Source: an uncultured Planctomycetaceae bacterium
GTDB lineage: Bacteria; Planctomycetota; Phycisphaerae; SM23-33
Direction of reading: 5' to 3'
Length of the DNA: 64,000 nt
Assembly (NCBI GenBank): GCA_964616985.1
Contig: CAZTVF010000002.1
Location: forward strand, 25,114 to 89,113
The stretch's first letter is position 1; the number at the start of each line of letters is the position of its first letter. The notes beneath the pieces were generated by a model. It did no database searches, was not told where the DNA came from, and saw only the letters and a list, made by a program, of their open reading frames with translations. Position numbers and translations under genes: made by a program. Positions 1 to 10,383 of this stretch are shown piece by piece.

Positions 1-1
1 G

Positions 2-145
2 ACCGATCCACACGAATTGAACAACGTGATCAGCAGGCCCGAGCACGCCGCCGCCGTCGCGCGGCACAAGGAGGCGCTACTGGCGTTCTTCATCCGCACC
101 AGACAGTTCATTCCCCCGGCCAAGCTTCCCAAGGCCAAGTCGTAG
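2..145 (+). CDS. sulfatase, C-terminal fragment (5' end outside window)
   Basis: Frame 2 reads TDPHELNNVISRPEHAAAV...AKS* and ends at TAG 143-145. The DPxExxN(L/V/I) element is the C-terminal signature also seen in the full sulfatases here (DPHELHDL, DPCEMHNI, DPLEFVNL). Confidence 0.6.
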   Translation, partial: TDPHELNNVISRPEHAAAVARHKEALLAFFIRTRQFIPPAKLPKAKS

Positions 146-284
146 ACAACTCCCGATGGGTGTTGACTTGGCGGCCAATCCTCGGTACGACGCATTCGTG
201 TCTGACTCCAGTATCTGCAGTTGACAGATGAAGACGATAGCCTCCTCAATGATTGCCCGGGTTGAAACTAAGAAGGAGACGGCA

Positions 285-1490
285 ATGAAGCATACGTTCC
301 TTGTTCATGGCGTGACGCTGGTGTGTGCGATGCTGGCCATGGTCCTGGCGGCGTTCGCCCAGGGCAAGACAAGCCAGCCGGCGTCGGCACCCGCCACCCG
401 GCCTGCCTCTGCCACGGCCATGCCGCTGCCGGACTTCGTCAAGAAGGTTCAACTGCACAACTGCGCCGGCGCCGAGGCGACCGAGGACGGTAAGGGCGTG
501 AAGCTCTACAGGCTGCCCAGGGATATCCTCGACCAGATGACCGAGACGAACAAGTCCAGCGGCAAGACCGGCGCGGACCAGATGCTCTACACGCGCCATA
601 GCGAAATCCGCTTCGTGCTCAACGAGGGCGAGAAGCCCGAGAACATCAAGATCCACCTGCAGACCGCCGGTAATGCCGACGTGGCGTTCTTCTGGGGCGA
701 CGTCTTCTGCGGCGACGAGAGGTTCGTGCCCGGCCAGAAGGTCAGACCGATCCAGCTCCGCGGCCACGGTCTGCTCTACAGCCTGATGGACAAGTTCCCC
801 CGCGGTCGGTTCGCCAACCAGGTCTGCCGCATCGTGCTCAACGGCGGCGAGCTGACCTTCATGGGCATCGAGGGGGATGTCCGCCCGCCCAAGCCGGAGG
901 AACTGGCGCCGGTGATGATCAGCTACGGCACCTCGATCAGCCAAGGGGCCATGGCCAGCCGCTGCGACCTGGCCTGGAACGCCCTGGCCGCCCGCACACT
1001 GGGCTACGACTTGCTGAATCTCGGCTGCAGCGGCACGGCCTACTGCGAGCGGGCGGTCGCGGACTACATGGTCAAACAGCCCTGGGACTTGTGCGTGCTG
1101 GAAATCTCCGTGAACATGTTGGGCGCCGAATTCACCACCGAAGACTTCCGCACCCGCGCCGCCTACATGGTCGACGCCTTGGCCAAGAGCCACCCCGGCG
1201 GCCACGTCGTGTGCATCAGCCTGTTCCCCTTCGGGACCGGGGACCTGTGGAAAAATCCCAAGACGAAGGAATACCGCGATGCCCTGGAGGAGATCTGCAA
1301 GGCTTCGCCGCATAAGAACGTTCACTTCGTCAGCGGGCCGGAACTGCTCAGTTGGACCGGCCTCAGCCAAGACCTGCTGCACCCCTCCGATCATGGCATG
1401 ATTGAGATCTCGACGAAGCTCTCGGCACGCATCAGAGAATTTGCCGACAAGAACAAGCCCTCGGCCGCCACAAAGCCGGCCAACCCGTGA
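285..1490 (+). CDS. secreted SGNH/GDSL-type hydrolase (esterase)
   Basis: ORF 228..1490. ATG at 285 follows AAGGAG (273-278) and yields a signal-peptide-like MKHTFLVHGVTLVCAMLAMVLAAFAQG. Block I-like 'YGTSISQG' and block V-like 'DLLHPSDHG' (DxxH) are present. Confidence 0.75.
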   Translation: MKHTFLVHGVTLVCAMLAMVLAAFAQGKTSQPASAPATRPASATAMPLPDFVKKVQLHNCAGAEATEDGKGVKLYRLPRDILDQMTETNKSSGKTGADQMLYTRHSEIRFVLNEGEKPENIKIHLQTAGNADVAFFWGDVFCGDERFVPGQKVRPIQLRGHGLLYSLMDKFPRGRFANQVCRIVLNGGELTFMGIEGDVRPPKPEELAPVMISYGTSISQGAMASRCDLAWNALAARTLGYDLLNLGCSGTAYCERAVADYMVKQPWDLCVLEISVNMLGAEFTTEDFRTRAAYMVDALAKSHPGGHVVCISLFPFGTGDLWKNPKTKEYRDALEEICKASPHKNVHFVSGPELLSWTGLSQDLLHPSDHGMIEISTKLSARIREFADKNKPSAATKPANP

Positions 1491-1541
1491 GCCGGCCGCC
1501 ACTCCATCAATTGAAGTCAGACAGACGACTGGATCACCACG

Positions 1542-2675
1542 ATGAGGTCACACGCCATGAATCCATCGCGTCGGGGCGAGAGGGAAGCGTTGTGGCTTGA
1601 GATGCAGGAGGCGGTTCAGTCCGTCCTCCAGAAAGCGGTCGACAGCGGCGCTGAGCAGGCCGTTCAGATGGCCGTGTATTGGCGGGGCGAGCTTGTCGTC
1701 GACGCATGGGCTGCGCCCGAGGGCTGCCGTATCGACGGCGAGACCTTGTTCCCCGCGTTCTCGACGGGCAAGGGCATCGCGGCCACGGCCATCCACCGCC
1801 TGGTCGAACGGGGGATTCTGTCCTGGGATGAGCCCATCGCGCGGTGGTGGCCGGAGTTTGCCTGCAATGGCAAGGAAGGCATCACGCTGCGCCACGTCCT
1901 GAGCCATGGGGCCGGGCTTCCGCAACTCCCGCAGGAAACGCTGGCCGATCCGTGCAATTGGGACGCCATCTGCCGGGCACTGGCCGAGCTTCGCCCGCTT
2001 CACCCGCCCGGCGAGCGGCGGCACTATCATGCCGTCACCTACGGCTGGCTGCTGGGCGAGCCCGCGCGGCGAGCCCTCGGCCGCGACTGGGGCACGATCC
2101 TCCAGGACGAGGTCTGCCGCCCGCTGGGGATCACCGGCATGTTCTTCGGACTGCCGGAGGGACTGGCCCGGCAGATCGTCGACGTTGTGGCGCCACCGCC
2201 TCCGCCTGCCCAGGGCCCGCCGCCTACGCCCGACCCTGTTGCCGCCGCGGCCATCCCGCCGGCGATGTGGCCGCTGGAAGAGTGGATCAAGCGGCCTGAT
2301 GTGCGGCGGGCGTGCATCCCGGCTTCCAACGGCTTCATGAACGCCCGCAGCATCGCCCGGCACTACGCGGCGCTGCTGGAAGAGGGGGTGGACGGCGTCC
2401 GTCTCCTGTCGCCCCAGACGGTGGAGGCGGCCACTCGACCGGAGCCGGTTGCCTCCGAAACCGACGTCGTGCGTTGGGGGCTCGGCTACAACCTCCGCGG
2501 CGGCGACGATTGCCCCGGCGCCGCCTTCGGGCACGCGGGGTATGGCGGGTCGGTCGGCTTTGCCGACAAACGCCGCCGCCTGGCCGTGGGCGGGGTCAAG
2601 TCCCTCATGACGGGCGAGGCCGTTTTCGCCGCGGCCGTCGAGCTCATCCACCGCAAGATCGGCGACCGAGGGTAA
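1542..2675 (+). CDS. beta-lactamase-family serine hydrolase (class C / family VIII esterase-like)
   Basis: SxxK nucleophile motif 'FSTGKG', a central 'YHAVTYGWLLGE' and a C-terminal 'HAGYGGS' box. Length 377 aa is typical. Confidence 0.8.
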   Translation: MRSHAMNPSRRGEREALWLEMQEAVQSVLQKAVDSGAEQAVQMAVYWRGELVVDAWAAPEGCRIDGETLFPAFSTGKGIAATAIHRLVERGILSWDEPIARWWPEFACNGKEGITLRHVLSHGAGLPQLPQETLADPCNWDAICRALAELRPLHPPGERRHYHAVTYGWLLGEPARRALGRDWGTILQDEVCRPLGITGMFFGLPEGLARQIVDVVAPPPPPAQGPPPTPDPVAAAAIPPAMWPLEEWIKRPDVRRACIPASNGFMNARSIARHYAALLEEGVDGVRLLSPQTVEAATRPEPVASETDVVRWGLGYNLRGGDDCPGAAFGHAGYGGSVGFADKRRRLAVGGVKSLMTGEAVFAAAVELIHRKIGDRG

Positions 2676-2795
2676 CGGCTCTTGGTCCAGCCGCTATCGG
2701 AACAGTCGGCGGCGGCGGAGGGACTTGGCCCTTGCGAGCATGGCCACGCCGGCAGCAGAGTCTGGCAGTGCCCGGCGGATGTCTCTGAAGGTCGT

Positions 2796-4289
2796 TCAAC
2801 CTTGTTTTGCCAGTTCTCGGGCGGCGCGGCTGGCGACACCCTCGATATCGACGATCATTCGCAGTTCGGACTCCATCTGGCGAATCAACTGCTGGGCATT
2901 CGCCTCCGCGTGCAGGTCATGCAGTTCGTGCGGATCGCTCGCCAAGTCGAACATCGCTGGTCGCTGGCCGACGTAATGAACGTACTTGTGCCGGCCGCGC
3001 AAGAGCATGTACCAGCTCTGCTGCAGGAAGATGCCGTGGTACTCGCTGAAGACCGACCGCTGTGTGTCTCCTTCGCAGGTTGCGGTGGCCAGGAGGCTGC
3101 GCCCGGGCAGGCGATGCTCTGAGGGATCGCGGACGAGCCGCGCGCAGTCGAGTATGGTCGTGTACAGATCCACCAGGCTCACCAGCGAGTCGCAGACGGA
3201 GCCAGCGGCGATGCCGGGCCCCCGAATGACTAACGGCACAGCCACCGAGGCCTCGTAGGGGGTGAGTTTGTCGAACAGTCCATGTTCGCCGCCGCCCTCG
3301 CCGTGATCGGAAACGTAGATGACGTACGTGTTCTGGGCGAGGCCCTGGCGATCGATCTCGTCCAGCAGTTCGCCCACCATGCGGTCCATGCAGGTGGCCA
3401 TGCCGTAGTAGGCCGCCAGTATCTGTCGCAGGTGAGGGTCGCCCTCGATCGCCCGGTAGTCGTTGTTCACCCGCTGCAACTGCCGTAGCGCCGGGTGCAG
3501 CGACTCGTTGGGCCGGCGGAAGTCGGCCGGCAATTCGATCGACTCCGGCGGATACAGATCCAGGAATTCCTGGGGGCACACGAACGGCCAATGCGGCTGG
3601 ACGAGGCCGACATGCATCGCCCAGGGGCCTTGGCGGCCGTGGCGTCGCAGTGAATCCAATGCCTCGTCCGTGGTCAGCCGGTCGTGGTCATAGTAGCCGG
3701 TGCAGTAGACGCCGCGTTCATCCCGGACGTGCAGGCGGTCGTGCTGCAAACCGTGAAGGTCCAGCAGATGCTCGCGACAGGAACCGGCGCGGGGCCAGTC
3801 CATGAACCCATCGAATCGCAGGTTCGGGTCGTCGAAAACCCGCCGCTGCGTCAATGGCCAGGGGTTGGCGGCCGAACGCGGAATGGGTTCGCAGAAGTTG
3901 GCGAATCCGACGCTGCCATGCGGACCGGGGACGTCCATCTTGCCGCGACTGATCGTGCGGTAGCCCGCCTCCGTCAGGCGATAGGCCCAGGTGCGGGCCG
4001 CACCATCCCACGGCACGCCATTGCACCACATGCCAATATCATGGACATAGCGGCCGGTCATGAAGCTGATGCGGCTGGGGCCGCAGATGGGGCTGTTGCA
4101 GTATGCGCGGCTGAAGCGTCTGCCACCCGTGGCCAGGCGGTCGATGTTCGGCGTGCGAGCGACCGCATGGCCATAGCAGCCGACGGCGGATCGCTGGTGC
4201 TGGTCGCTACAGATCAACAGAATGTTCGGTCGGTCTACCTGTGTCATAGCAGATACGATGCCGGGAAAGGGCGGTCCCTGTCCAGTCAT
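2796..4289 (-). CDS. Cys-type sulfatase (arylsulfatase family)
   Basis: Formylglycine motif 'CGPSRISFMTGRY', 'NILLICSDQH', 'VSDHGEGGGEHGL', 'DPHELHDL'. Likely start is ATG 4247 (MTQVDRPNILL). No signal peptide seen. Confidence 0.9.
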   Translation of the reverse strand: MTGQGPPFPGIVSAMTQVDRPNILLICSDQHQRSAVGCYGHAVARTPNIDRLATGGRRFSRAYCNSPICGPSRISFMTGRYVHDIGMWCNGVPWDGAARTWAYRLTEAGYRTISRGKMDVPGPHGSVGFANFCEPIPRSAANPWPLTQRRVFDDPNLRFDGFMDWPRAGSCREHLLDLHGLQHDRLHVRDERGVYCTGYYDHDRLTTDEALDSLRRHGRQGPWAMHVGLVQPHWPFVCPQEFLDLYPPESIELPADFRRPNESLHPALRQLQRVNNDYRAIEGDPHLRQILAAYYGMATCMDRMVGELLDEIDRQGLAQNTYVIYVSDHGEGGGEHGLFDKLTPYEASVAVPLVIRGPGIAAGSVCDSLVSLVDLYTTILDCARLVRDPSEHRLPGRSLLATATCEGDTQRSVFSEYHGIFLQQSWYMLLRGRHKYVHYVGQRPAMFDLASDPHELHDLHAEANAQQLIRQMESELRMIVDIEGVASRAARELAKQG

Positions 4290-4320
4290 TACTACACCGG
4301 CGGGGTCACACCATGCACGA

Positions 4321-5868
4321 CTACCCGCTTACGGGTTCGCGTGGATGAGCGTCGCCATCTGTCTTGAACGCCTCGGCTGGCCCGTAGGGCGCCAGGCCCA
4401 CCGTGATGTAGGTGTTCGTGGCGGTATCGTTTTCGCGATGGGCAAACCGCCACATTCTCCCCACCAGGTCGCGTTTGACGGGTTCGTAGGATGCATCAGC
4501 AATGATGTTGTGCATTTCGCAGGGGTCGCGGCGAAGATCGTAGAGCTCGTCATCGTCGAACCCGTTGAACACGTACTTGAAGTCCTTGGTGGTCACAGAT
4601 CGCTGGGTGTAGTACAGCTCGACCCCATTGCACTGTGTGTGCATCTCATCGCGCCAGGCGGCGGGGCTCTGATCGGCCAGGAAGGGCACGAGGCTTTCGC
4701 CGGTGAAGCTGCCGGGGGCGGTCACGCCGGCGATTTCTCTCAGCGTCGGGCCAAAGTCGGCCAGCGAAACAAAGCGATCAACCCGCCGACCGGCGTTCTT
4801 CAGGCCCGCGGGCCAGCGGACGATCGCCGGCACATGGTACGCCCCGCGGAAGCACGGAATCCCCTTGGCGAACAGCCCGTGGTCGCCGCAATAGTCTCCG
4901 TGGTCGGAAGTGTAGAGCACCAGCGTATTCTCGGCCTGGCCGGTGGCTTCCAACGCCGACAGCACCTTGCCGAACAACTCGTCCAGGTACGTGCAGTAGG
5001 CCCAGAAGTGGCGAATCGCCTGGCGGTATTCGTTCGGGGACAGCTGGCCAAAACGGGTGTCCCGCATGCGGCGGTAGATGCGCGGCTTGTCGGCGAGCGT
5101 GTCGGTGAAGGTGGCCGGCAGCTCGATCGTGTTAAGATCGTACATGTCGAGAAATCGCTGGGGCACGAAGTAGGGATCGTGCGGCCCCGTCAGGCCCACA
5201 TACAGCGCCCAGGGTTTGCCTCCGGCGGCGAGTTCGGGCATCGCGCGTAAGGCCTCGGCCACGGTTCGTTCGTCGTGCGGATTGCCCCTATCCTTGGTGC
5301 CGTAGAGGGTATAGGGCCCATAGCCGTCGCGGAGGATCTGGCCCTCGCCGCGTGTCGCCGGCTGCAACTGGACCGCGAGTTGCTGATACCACTGCCACGT
5401 TTGGCCGTGGGAGTCGCCTTTGCTGCCGCTGACGAACAGCTCTCGCCACTTTCGATCCCGTGGCGACTCGTTGACGCTCACGTGCCATTTGCCCGACCAG
5501 GCCAGATTGTAGCCTGCCTCGGCGAGATCCTCGCTCCAGCAACGAACGCCCGGCAGCAGCCCTCGCGAGAGCGCCTGATCGTTGCAGATGTTGTTCCACA
5601 CGCCGTGTCGCGTGGGGTACAGACCCGTGACAAACGTGGCCCGCGAGGGGCAACAGTGTGGCGAGGGGCAGAAGGTTTCCGTGAAGGCGACTCCCTGGTC
5701 GGCCAAGCGGCTGAGATTCGGCGTGATGGCCGGATGCTCCGCCAGGGCCGTGTCGCCACGCTGGTGGTCGGTCATGAAGATCAGGATATTGGGCTGTGCA
5801 GGCATGTTGTGCTTTACTCGCAGATGTGGCCGCAGATAGGGGTTTCTAGACGCGTTCTGGATTGGCAA
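4321..5868 (-). CDS. Cys-type sulfatase
   Basis: 'NILIFMTDHQ', 'CCPSRATFVTGLYPTRHG', 'TSDHGDYCGDHGL', 'DPCEMHNI'. Probable start ATG 5805 (MPAQPNIL). Confidence 0.9.
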   Translation of the reverse strand: MPIQNASRNPYLRPHLRVKHNMPAQPNILIFMTDHQRGDTALAEHPAITPNLSRLADQGVAFTETFCPSPHCCPSRATFVTGLYPTRHGVWNNICNDQALSRGLLPGVRCWSEDLAEAGYNLAWSGKWHVSVNESPRDRKWRELFVSGSKGDSHGQTWQWYQQLAVQLQPATRGEGQILRDGYGPYTLYGTKDRGNPHDERTVAEALRAMPELAAGGKPWALYVGLTGPHDPYFVPQRFLDMYDLNTIELPATFTDTLADKPRIYRRMRDTRFGQLSPNEYRQAIRHFWAYCTYLDELFGKVLSALEATGQAENTLVLYTSDHGDYCGDHGLFAKGIPCFRGAYHVPAIVRWPAGLKNAGRRVDRFVSLADFGPTLREIAGVTAPGSFTGESLVPFLADQSPAAWRDEMHTQCNGVELYYTQRSVTTKDFKYVFNGFDDDELYDLRRDPCEMHNIIADASYEPVKRDLVGRMWRFAHRENDTATNTYITVGLAPYGPAEAFKTDGDAHPREPVSG

Positions 5869-5913
5869 GTCCTTACGTTGTCGATGGCCGAGCGATGCAT
5901 CGTTACGGGAGAT

Positions 5914-7335
5914 TCAAGCCGTCACATCATCCCGGGGACCGTTGTCTGGAATGAAACGGGAATCATTATCTGTCCGCGGCCAGTTGGAGCCCCAGCTGGG
6001 CGCCTCATAGCGAACCGGCGTCTGACCGGTTATCGCGAAGTCGTTCGTGTTTCGCATCCACTGGTCGAGCTTCGCTGCCAAAGTGGCCTTGATACAGGCG
6101 TACTCGGGCTTGTCGGCCAAGTTCACGAACTCCAGGGGATCCTGTTGAATGTCGTACAACTCCTCGGAGGGTCTGGCTCCGTCGAAATCTGCCCAAGGTT
6201 CATCATGGCCTCCCGCAGGGTTGTTCTGACGCCTCAGGAGTTCCCAGGGCAGCAGGCTTCGCTCTCGCAGGTCGGGCTTCATCCAGCGGATGTAGTGGAA
6301 CCTGTCGGCCCGCACCGCGCGGATCGGATCGAAAAGATCGCGGTGCTCCACATCCCCCTTGAGCATTTCGCCGTGGAAGTTCCGCTCTATGAAGACTGCC
6401 TCGTGAGGTTCGTATCGCCCCCCGGTCAGCAGCGGCCAGAGGCTGCGGCCCTGCATATCCGCCGGTACGGGCACCCTCATGGCCTCCAGCACCGTGGGAG
6501 CGAGGTCGATGTTTTGGATCAGGTGGTCGATGACCGTTCCGCCGACGACACCGGGGGCGCGCATCAGCATCGCTGTCTCCACGCCGCGGTCGTAAAGTGT
6601 GCCTTTGGATCTGGGGGCTACGATTCCATGATCGGTGGTGAAGATGACCAGGGAGTTGTCGAACAGGCCCAGCCGCTCCACCGTGTCAAACAGGCGTCCG
6701 ACGTGCTGGTCCATGTCGCGCACGGCGGCTCCGAACATGCCATACTCGCGGCGCGTGCCCGGGGTCTCCGGGACGAACAGCGGAACATGCGTCTGCTCCG
6801 GGGGCAAGCCGCCTCCCCGGTCTGGCGAATACTTCTTGGAGTAGTACGAGCGGTGGGTGCTGGTGATGCCGATGTTCAGGTAGAATCGATGTCCGCACTT
6901 CGCGCGCGACTCGATGTAGGGGATGGCCTTTTCGACAGCCATTTCGGCCATGCCGTCGCCCCAATCACGCTCCTCGTCGATGCGATAGCGATTCTCGCCG
7001 GCATGACGTTCATGGTTGTGGCCGAAATGGGCTGTTTCAATGCCGTGTTTGTTGAATTCGTCGACGACGGTTCGTTGCTCGGCCGGCAAGGGCCAGCCCA
7101 TGTGGGCCAGGCCGATGCCGCCGCTGACGTGGGCGTATTTGCCCGTCATTACGCAGCATCGCGAGGGGCTGCAGCACGGCGAATTGGTGAAGGCATTCGC
7201 GAACCGCACGCCGCCGGCAGCGAAACCGTCGAGGTTGGGCGAGAGGATTGGCTTCCCGTAACAGCCAAGCTCCATTCCGATGTCGTGCACGATGATGAAG
7301 ATGACGTTCTGAATGGAATCCATCCTGGTCTCCAA
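5914..7335 (-). CDS. Cys-type sulfatase
   Basis: 'VIFIIVHDIG', 'CCSPSRCCVMTGKYAH', 'FTTDHG', 'DPLEFVNL'. Confidence 0.9.
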   Translation of the reverse strand: METRMDSIQNVIFIIVHDIGMELGCYGKPILSPNLDGFAAGGVRFANAFTNSPCCSPSRCCVMTGKYAHVSGGIGLAHMGWPLPAEQRTVVDEFNKHGIETAHFGHNHERHAGENRYRIDEERDWGDGMAEMAVEKAIPYIESRAKCGHRFYLNIGITSTHRSYYSKKYSPDRGGGLPPEQTHVPLFVPETPGTRREYGMFGAAVRDMDQHVGRLFDTVERLGLFDNSLVIFTTDHGIVAPRSKGTLYDRGVETAMLMRAPGVVGGTVIDHLIQNIDLAPTVLEAMRVPVPADMQGRSLWPLLTGGRYEPHEAVFIERNFHGEMLKGDVEHRDLFDPIRAVRADRFHYIRWMKPDLRERSLLPWELLRRQNNPAGGHDEPWADFDGARPSEELYDIQQDPLEFVNLADKPEYACIKATLAAKLDQWMRNTNDFAITGQTPVRYEAPSWGSNWPRTDNDSRFIPDNGPRDDVTA

Positions 7336-7380
7336 CGGTTCTAGGGCTAAGCCGATGATGCCCGGGGTCTCTACGCGGGC

Positions 7381-8931
7381 CTATGCCCAGCCGATACGGT
7401 TGTTATCGAAACGGTCTGTGGCGATCATCCGCTGCGAAAGGTCGCACATCATTCTTGCTCCGACCTCGCGATAGCCCGGGTGGTCCCACAGGTTCGTCAG
7501 TTCGTCGGGGTCCTCGTCGACGTCCACGAGGATGCACTCATCGCTGCCGTGGTACTGGGTGAGTTTTAGCGATCCGTCCACCAGGCCTCGCTGACGGATA
7601 AGCGGGCCGGGGTGGCAGTCCTCGTCGTACTCCAGCAGCACCGCGCGGGCGGGCAGCGGCCGGCCGCTCAAGGCCGCACAGAGTGACTGGCCCGGCATGC
7701 CCAGTTTTTCGCTGTCGCCGTACCCACGCTGCGTGAACCAAGTGGGGTCGATCCCCGCCAGTTCGCAGACCGTTGGCACGAAGTCCACCGTGGCCGTGGG
7801 GACGTCGCAATCGCGACTTGAACCGCCAGGCGCCTTCCAGATGAAGGGAATACGCCAGAGACTCTCGAAAGGATAGGCGCCTTTGTGAATCAGGTTGTGG
7901 GCGCCGAGGTATTCGCCGTGGTCAGAGGTCACTATGACGTGGGTAGTCCTGTCCAGTCCCAGACTCTTCAGGGCGTCGAGGATGCGACCGATGTTATGGT
8001 CGACGTGAGTGATCATGCCGTAGGTCTGGGCGATGATCTCCCGCATCAGTTCTTCCGGCGGGGCGTCGTTGCGGCTGAAGAACGGGCGGTACTTCGCGAG
8101 AAACGGTATGAGATCCCGGCGGTCCCCGTAGGTCTGGGGCAGGTCCACCTCGGCGGGGTCATACATCTCGCTGTAGGGTTTGGTGGCGGCGAAGGGATGA
8201 TGGGGATCGGGGAAGCTACAGAACAGGAAGAACGGCCCTGAGGCGCCCTGCAGGAATGAGATCGTCCTGTCGGCAATCCAGTTGTTGTAGTGGAGTTCCG
8301 TGGGCACTTGGAGACGAAAGGTCTCATCTCCTTTGCGGAAGTATGCGCTCTCGCGCCGCCATTGCGCCACGTGCGCGGGATGGTTGTCCTCCAGCCACTG
8401 CATGTAGTGGCCGCTGATGCCGCTGACGTGCCCGCCGGTCCAGTCGGAACTCTGGTAGCCGTAATAGGGCGACGGCAGGGCCGTGAGTTCCCGGCTCTTC
8501 CAGCGGGCGCCTTGCTCCCAGGACTTGCGGCCGTCCCCGGACTGGTTGGGCCCCATCGGCTGGAAATGGAGCTTGCCCACCGAGTGTGTGCGGTAGCCTT
8601 CGTGAATGAGCACCTGGCCGATGGTGGGAACGTGCTGCGGCAGGAACGACCCGTTGGTCAGCAGGCCGTGCTGCCGCGGCGTCAGCCCGGTGATGAACGA
8701 GGCCCGGTTGGGCATGCAGACGGGGTTGGTGCAGTAGCCCCGGGTGAAATTCACCCCCTCGGCTGCCAGGTTGTCCATGTTGGAAGTCTTCACCACCCTA
8801 TTGCCGTTGCAGGCGAGTGAGAAGGCGGACATCTGATCCATGCAGATGACGAGGAAGTTGGGTCGATCGGGCATGTGCTTCAGTCCTATGGTCAGGGTAT
8901 CTCTATTGTTTCCAGTGCTCTGTCCTGCCAT
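7381..8931 (-). CDS. Cys-type sulfatase
   Basis: 'NFLVICMDQ', 'CMPNRASFITGLTPRQHG', 'TSDHGEYLGAHNL', 'DPDELTNL'. Alternative start ATG 8874 (MPDRPNF). Confidence 0.9.
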   Translation of the reverse strand: MAGQSTGNNRDTLTIGLKHMPDRPNFLVICMDQMSAFSLACNGNRVVKTSNMDNLAAEGVNFTRGYCTNPVCMPNRASFITGLTPRQHGLLTNGSFLPQHVPTIGQVLIHEGYRTHSVGKLHFQPMGPNQSGDGRKSWEQGARWKSRELTALPSPYYGYQSSDWTGGHVSGISGHYMQWLEDNHPAHVAQWRRESAYFRKGDETFRLQVPTELHYNNWIADRTISFLQGASGPFFLFCSFPDPHHPFAATKPYSEMYDPAEVDLPQTYGDRRDLIPFLAKYRPFFSRNDAPPEELMREIIAQTYGMITHVDHNIGRILDALKSLGLDRTTHVIVTSDHGEYLGAHNLIHKGAYPFESLWRIPFIWKAPGGSSRDCDVPTATVDFVPTVCELAGIDPTWFTQRGYGDSEKLGMPGQSLCAALSGRPLPARAVLLEYDEDCHPGPLIRQRGLVDGSLKLTQYHGSDECILVDVDEDPDELTNLWDHPGYREVGARMMCDLSQRMIATDRFDNNRIGWA

Positions 8932-8933
8932 TC

Positions 8934-10370
8934 CTACTCGCAGATGTAGCCGCAGATCGGCACCTGGCGGTGGCTTCGCGACAGGCGCTCCAAGATTCGC
9001 AGGCGGAGCTGCGCTCTCACGTCGGCCAGGTCGGCCCGGCCGGCCAAGTTGTGCTGCTCGCCAGGATCGTTCTGACGATCTATCAGGAGGTACAGCTCGC
9101 CGTCGTGATTGACGGCGGCCTTCCAGCGGTCAGTCAGGATCATGACCTCGCCTTCGAACTCGCACAGCGCATCACGGCGATGGGCGGCGGCGGGATTGGC
9201 CAGCGCGGGCGATAGGGATACACCGAACTGCTCCCAGTTCCATCGGGCCCCGGCGAGCTCCGTCAGCGTGGGCCCCAGGTCGATCAACTCGGTTGGGGCC
9301 TGACAGACGCCAGAGATTCCGCTGCTCCGCATGGCCGGCGTTGACACCATCATCGGGATGCGGGCCGCGCCGTCCAGGAAGCAGCTCTTGTACACCAGCC
9401 CGTGATCGCCGTTCATCTCGCCGTGGTCGGAGGTGAAGGCGATGATGGTATTCTCCAGTTCGCCTCGGGATTCAATCACGGCCAGGATGTTGCCGATCTG
9501 CTCGTCGATCAACGCCACCTTGCCGGCGTAGCTTGCGCGGAGCTTGCGGGCCTGGCCTGGCGGCAGCCCTATCCTGGCGGGGTTGGCGAGCATCGCATCG
9601 TACTTGGCGCAGTGTTCATCGAAGCGGCCGGCACATCGCGGCGCCGCATCACCGATCCGCGGCAGCGGCTCGGGCATGTCGTCAGGGTTGAACATGCTGG
9701 CGTAGGGCTCGGGAGCGTCCCACGGCTCGTGCGGGCCGGCGAAGCTCACCCAGCAGAACCATGGCTGATCGCGATCATAGGCCTCCAGATAGGCGGCCGC
9801 CGACTTGCCGACGTAGGCGTCGTAGTGATGCTCGGGCCCCAGCGGAGATGGCTCCGTGATCAGCCCCAGCCCCCATCGACGGCGAATATCATTCTTGTGC
9901 GCTTCGTAGAGCCCCTTGGACTCCCAAAGGTCGGTCATGCGGCAGCGGGTATTGATGGCTGCGTGCGGGCCGGTGATCTCGTCCACGTCATCGAGGCCAT
10001 ATGCGTGGAGCAGGCCCTCTCGCTCTCGCAGATCGTGGCACCCCTCGCCGTGGCGATGCAGGTGCGTCTTGCCAAAGAGGCTGGTGCGGTACCCCGCGTC
10101 GCGGATGGCTGCCATCCACGTTGGCCACTCCGTCGGCATGGTGTAGCCCTTGTTGGTCCACAGGCCGGTGTTGTGGGGATACAAACCGCTGGCGAGCGAC
10201 ACGCGGGCTGGGCAGCAGATGGGCGAGGCGGTCACGCAGTTGGCGAACCGCACGCCCATGGCCGCAAGGCGGTCAAGGTTGGGGGTCTTCGTCCATCGGC
10301 CGGCACAGCCCAGTGCATCAGCACGGAACTGGTCGGCCATGAGGAAGAGGATATTGGGAACACTTGCCAC
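8934..10370 (-). CDS. Cys-type sulfatase
   Basis: 'NILFLMADQ', 'CCPARVSLASGLYPHNTG', 'TSDHGEMNGDHGL', 'DPGEQHNL'. The ORF track extends to 10520, but that part overlaps the 3' end of the upstream sulfatase. GTG 10370 (VASVPNIL) follows GGAG and fits the family N-terminus. Confidence 0.85.
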   Translation of the reverse strand: MASVPNILFLMADQFRADALGCAGRWTKTPNLDRLAAMGVRFANCVTASPICCPARVSLASGLYPHNTGLWTNKGYTMPTEWPTWMAAIRDAGYRTSLFGKTHLHRHGEGCHDLREREGLLHAYGLDDVDEITGPHAAINTRCRMTDLWESKGLYEAHKNDIRRRWGLGLITEPSPLGPEHHYDAYVGKSAAAYLEAYDRDQPWFCWVSFAGPHEPWDAPEPYASMFNPDDMPEPLPRIGDAAPRCAGRFDEHCAKYDAMLANPARIGLPPGQARKLRASYAGKVALIDEQIGNILAVIESRGELENTIIAFTSDHGEMNGDHGLVYKSCFLDGAARIPMMVSTPAMRSSGISGVCQAPTELIDLGPTLTELAGARWNWEQFGVSLSPALANPAAAHRRDALCEFEGEVMILTDRWKAAVNHDGELYLLIDRQNDPGEQHNLAGRADLADVRAQLRLRILERLSRSHRQVPICGYICE

Positions 10371-10383
10371 GGTCGACTCCTTA

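Noticed and set aside
5275-7344. 689-aa plus-strand ORF, with similar antisense ORFs at 9402..10502, 10882..12093, 38333..39712, 45202..46197, 48081..49814 and 53850..55298.
   Set aside because: Each lies opposite a gene with strong family motifs (sulfatases, NifS, radical-SAM). The composition is typical of GC-rich antisense frames.
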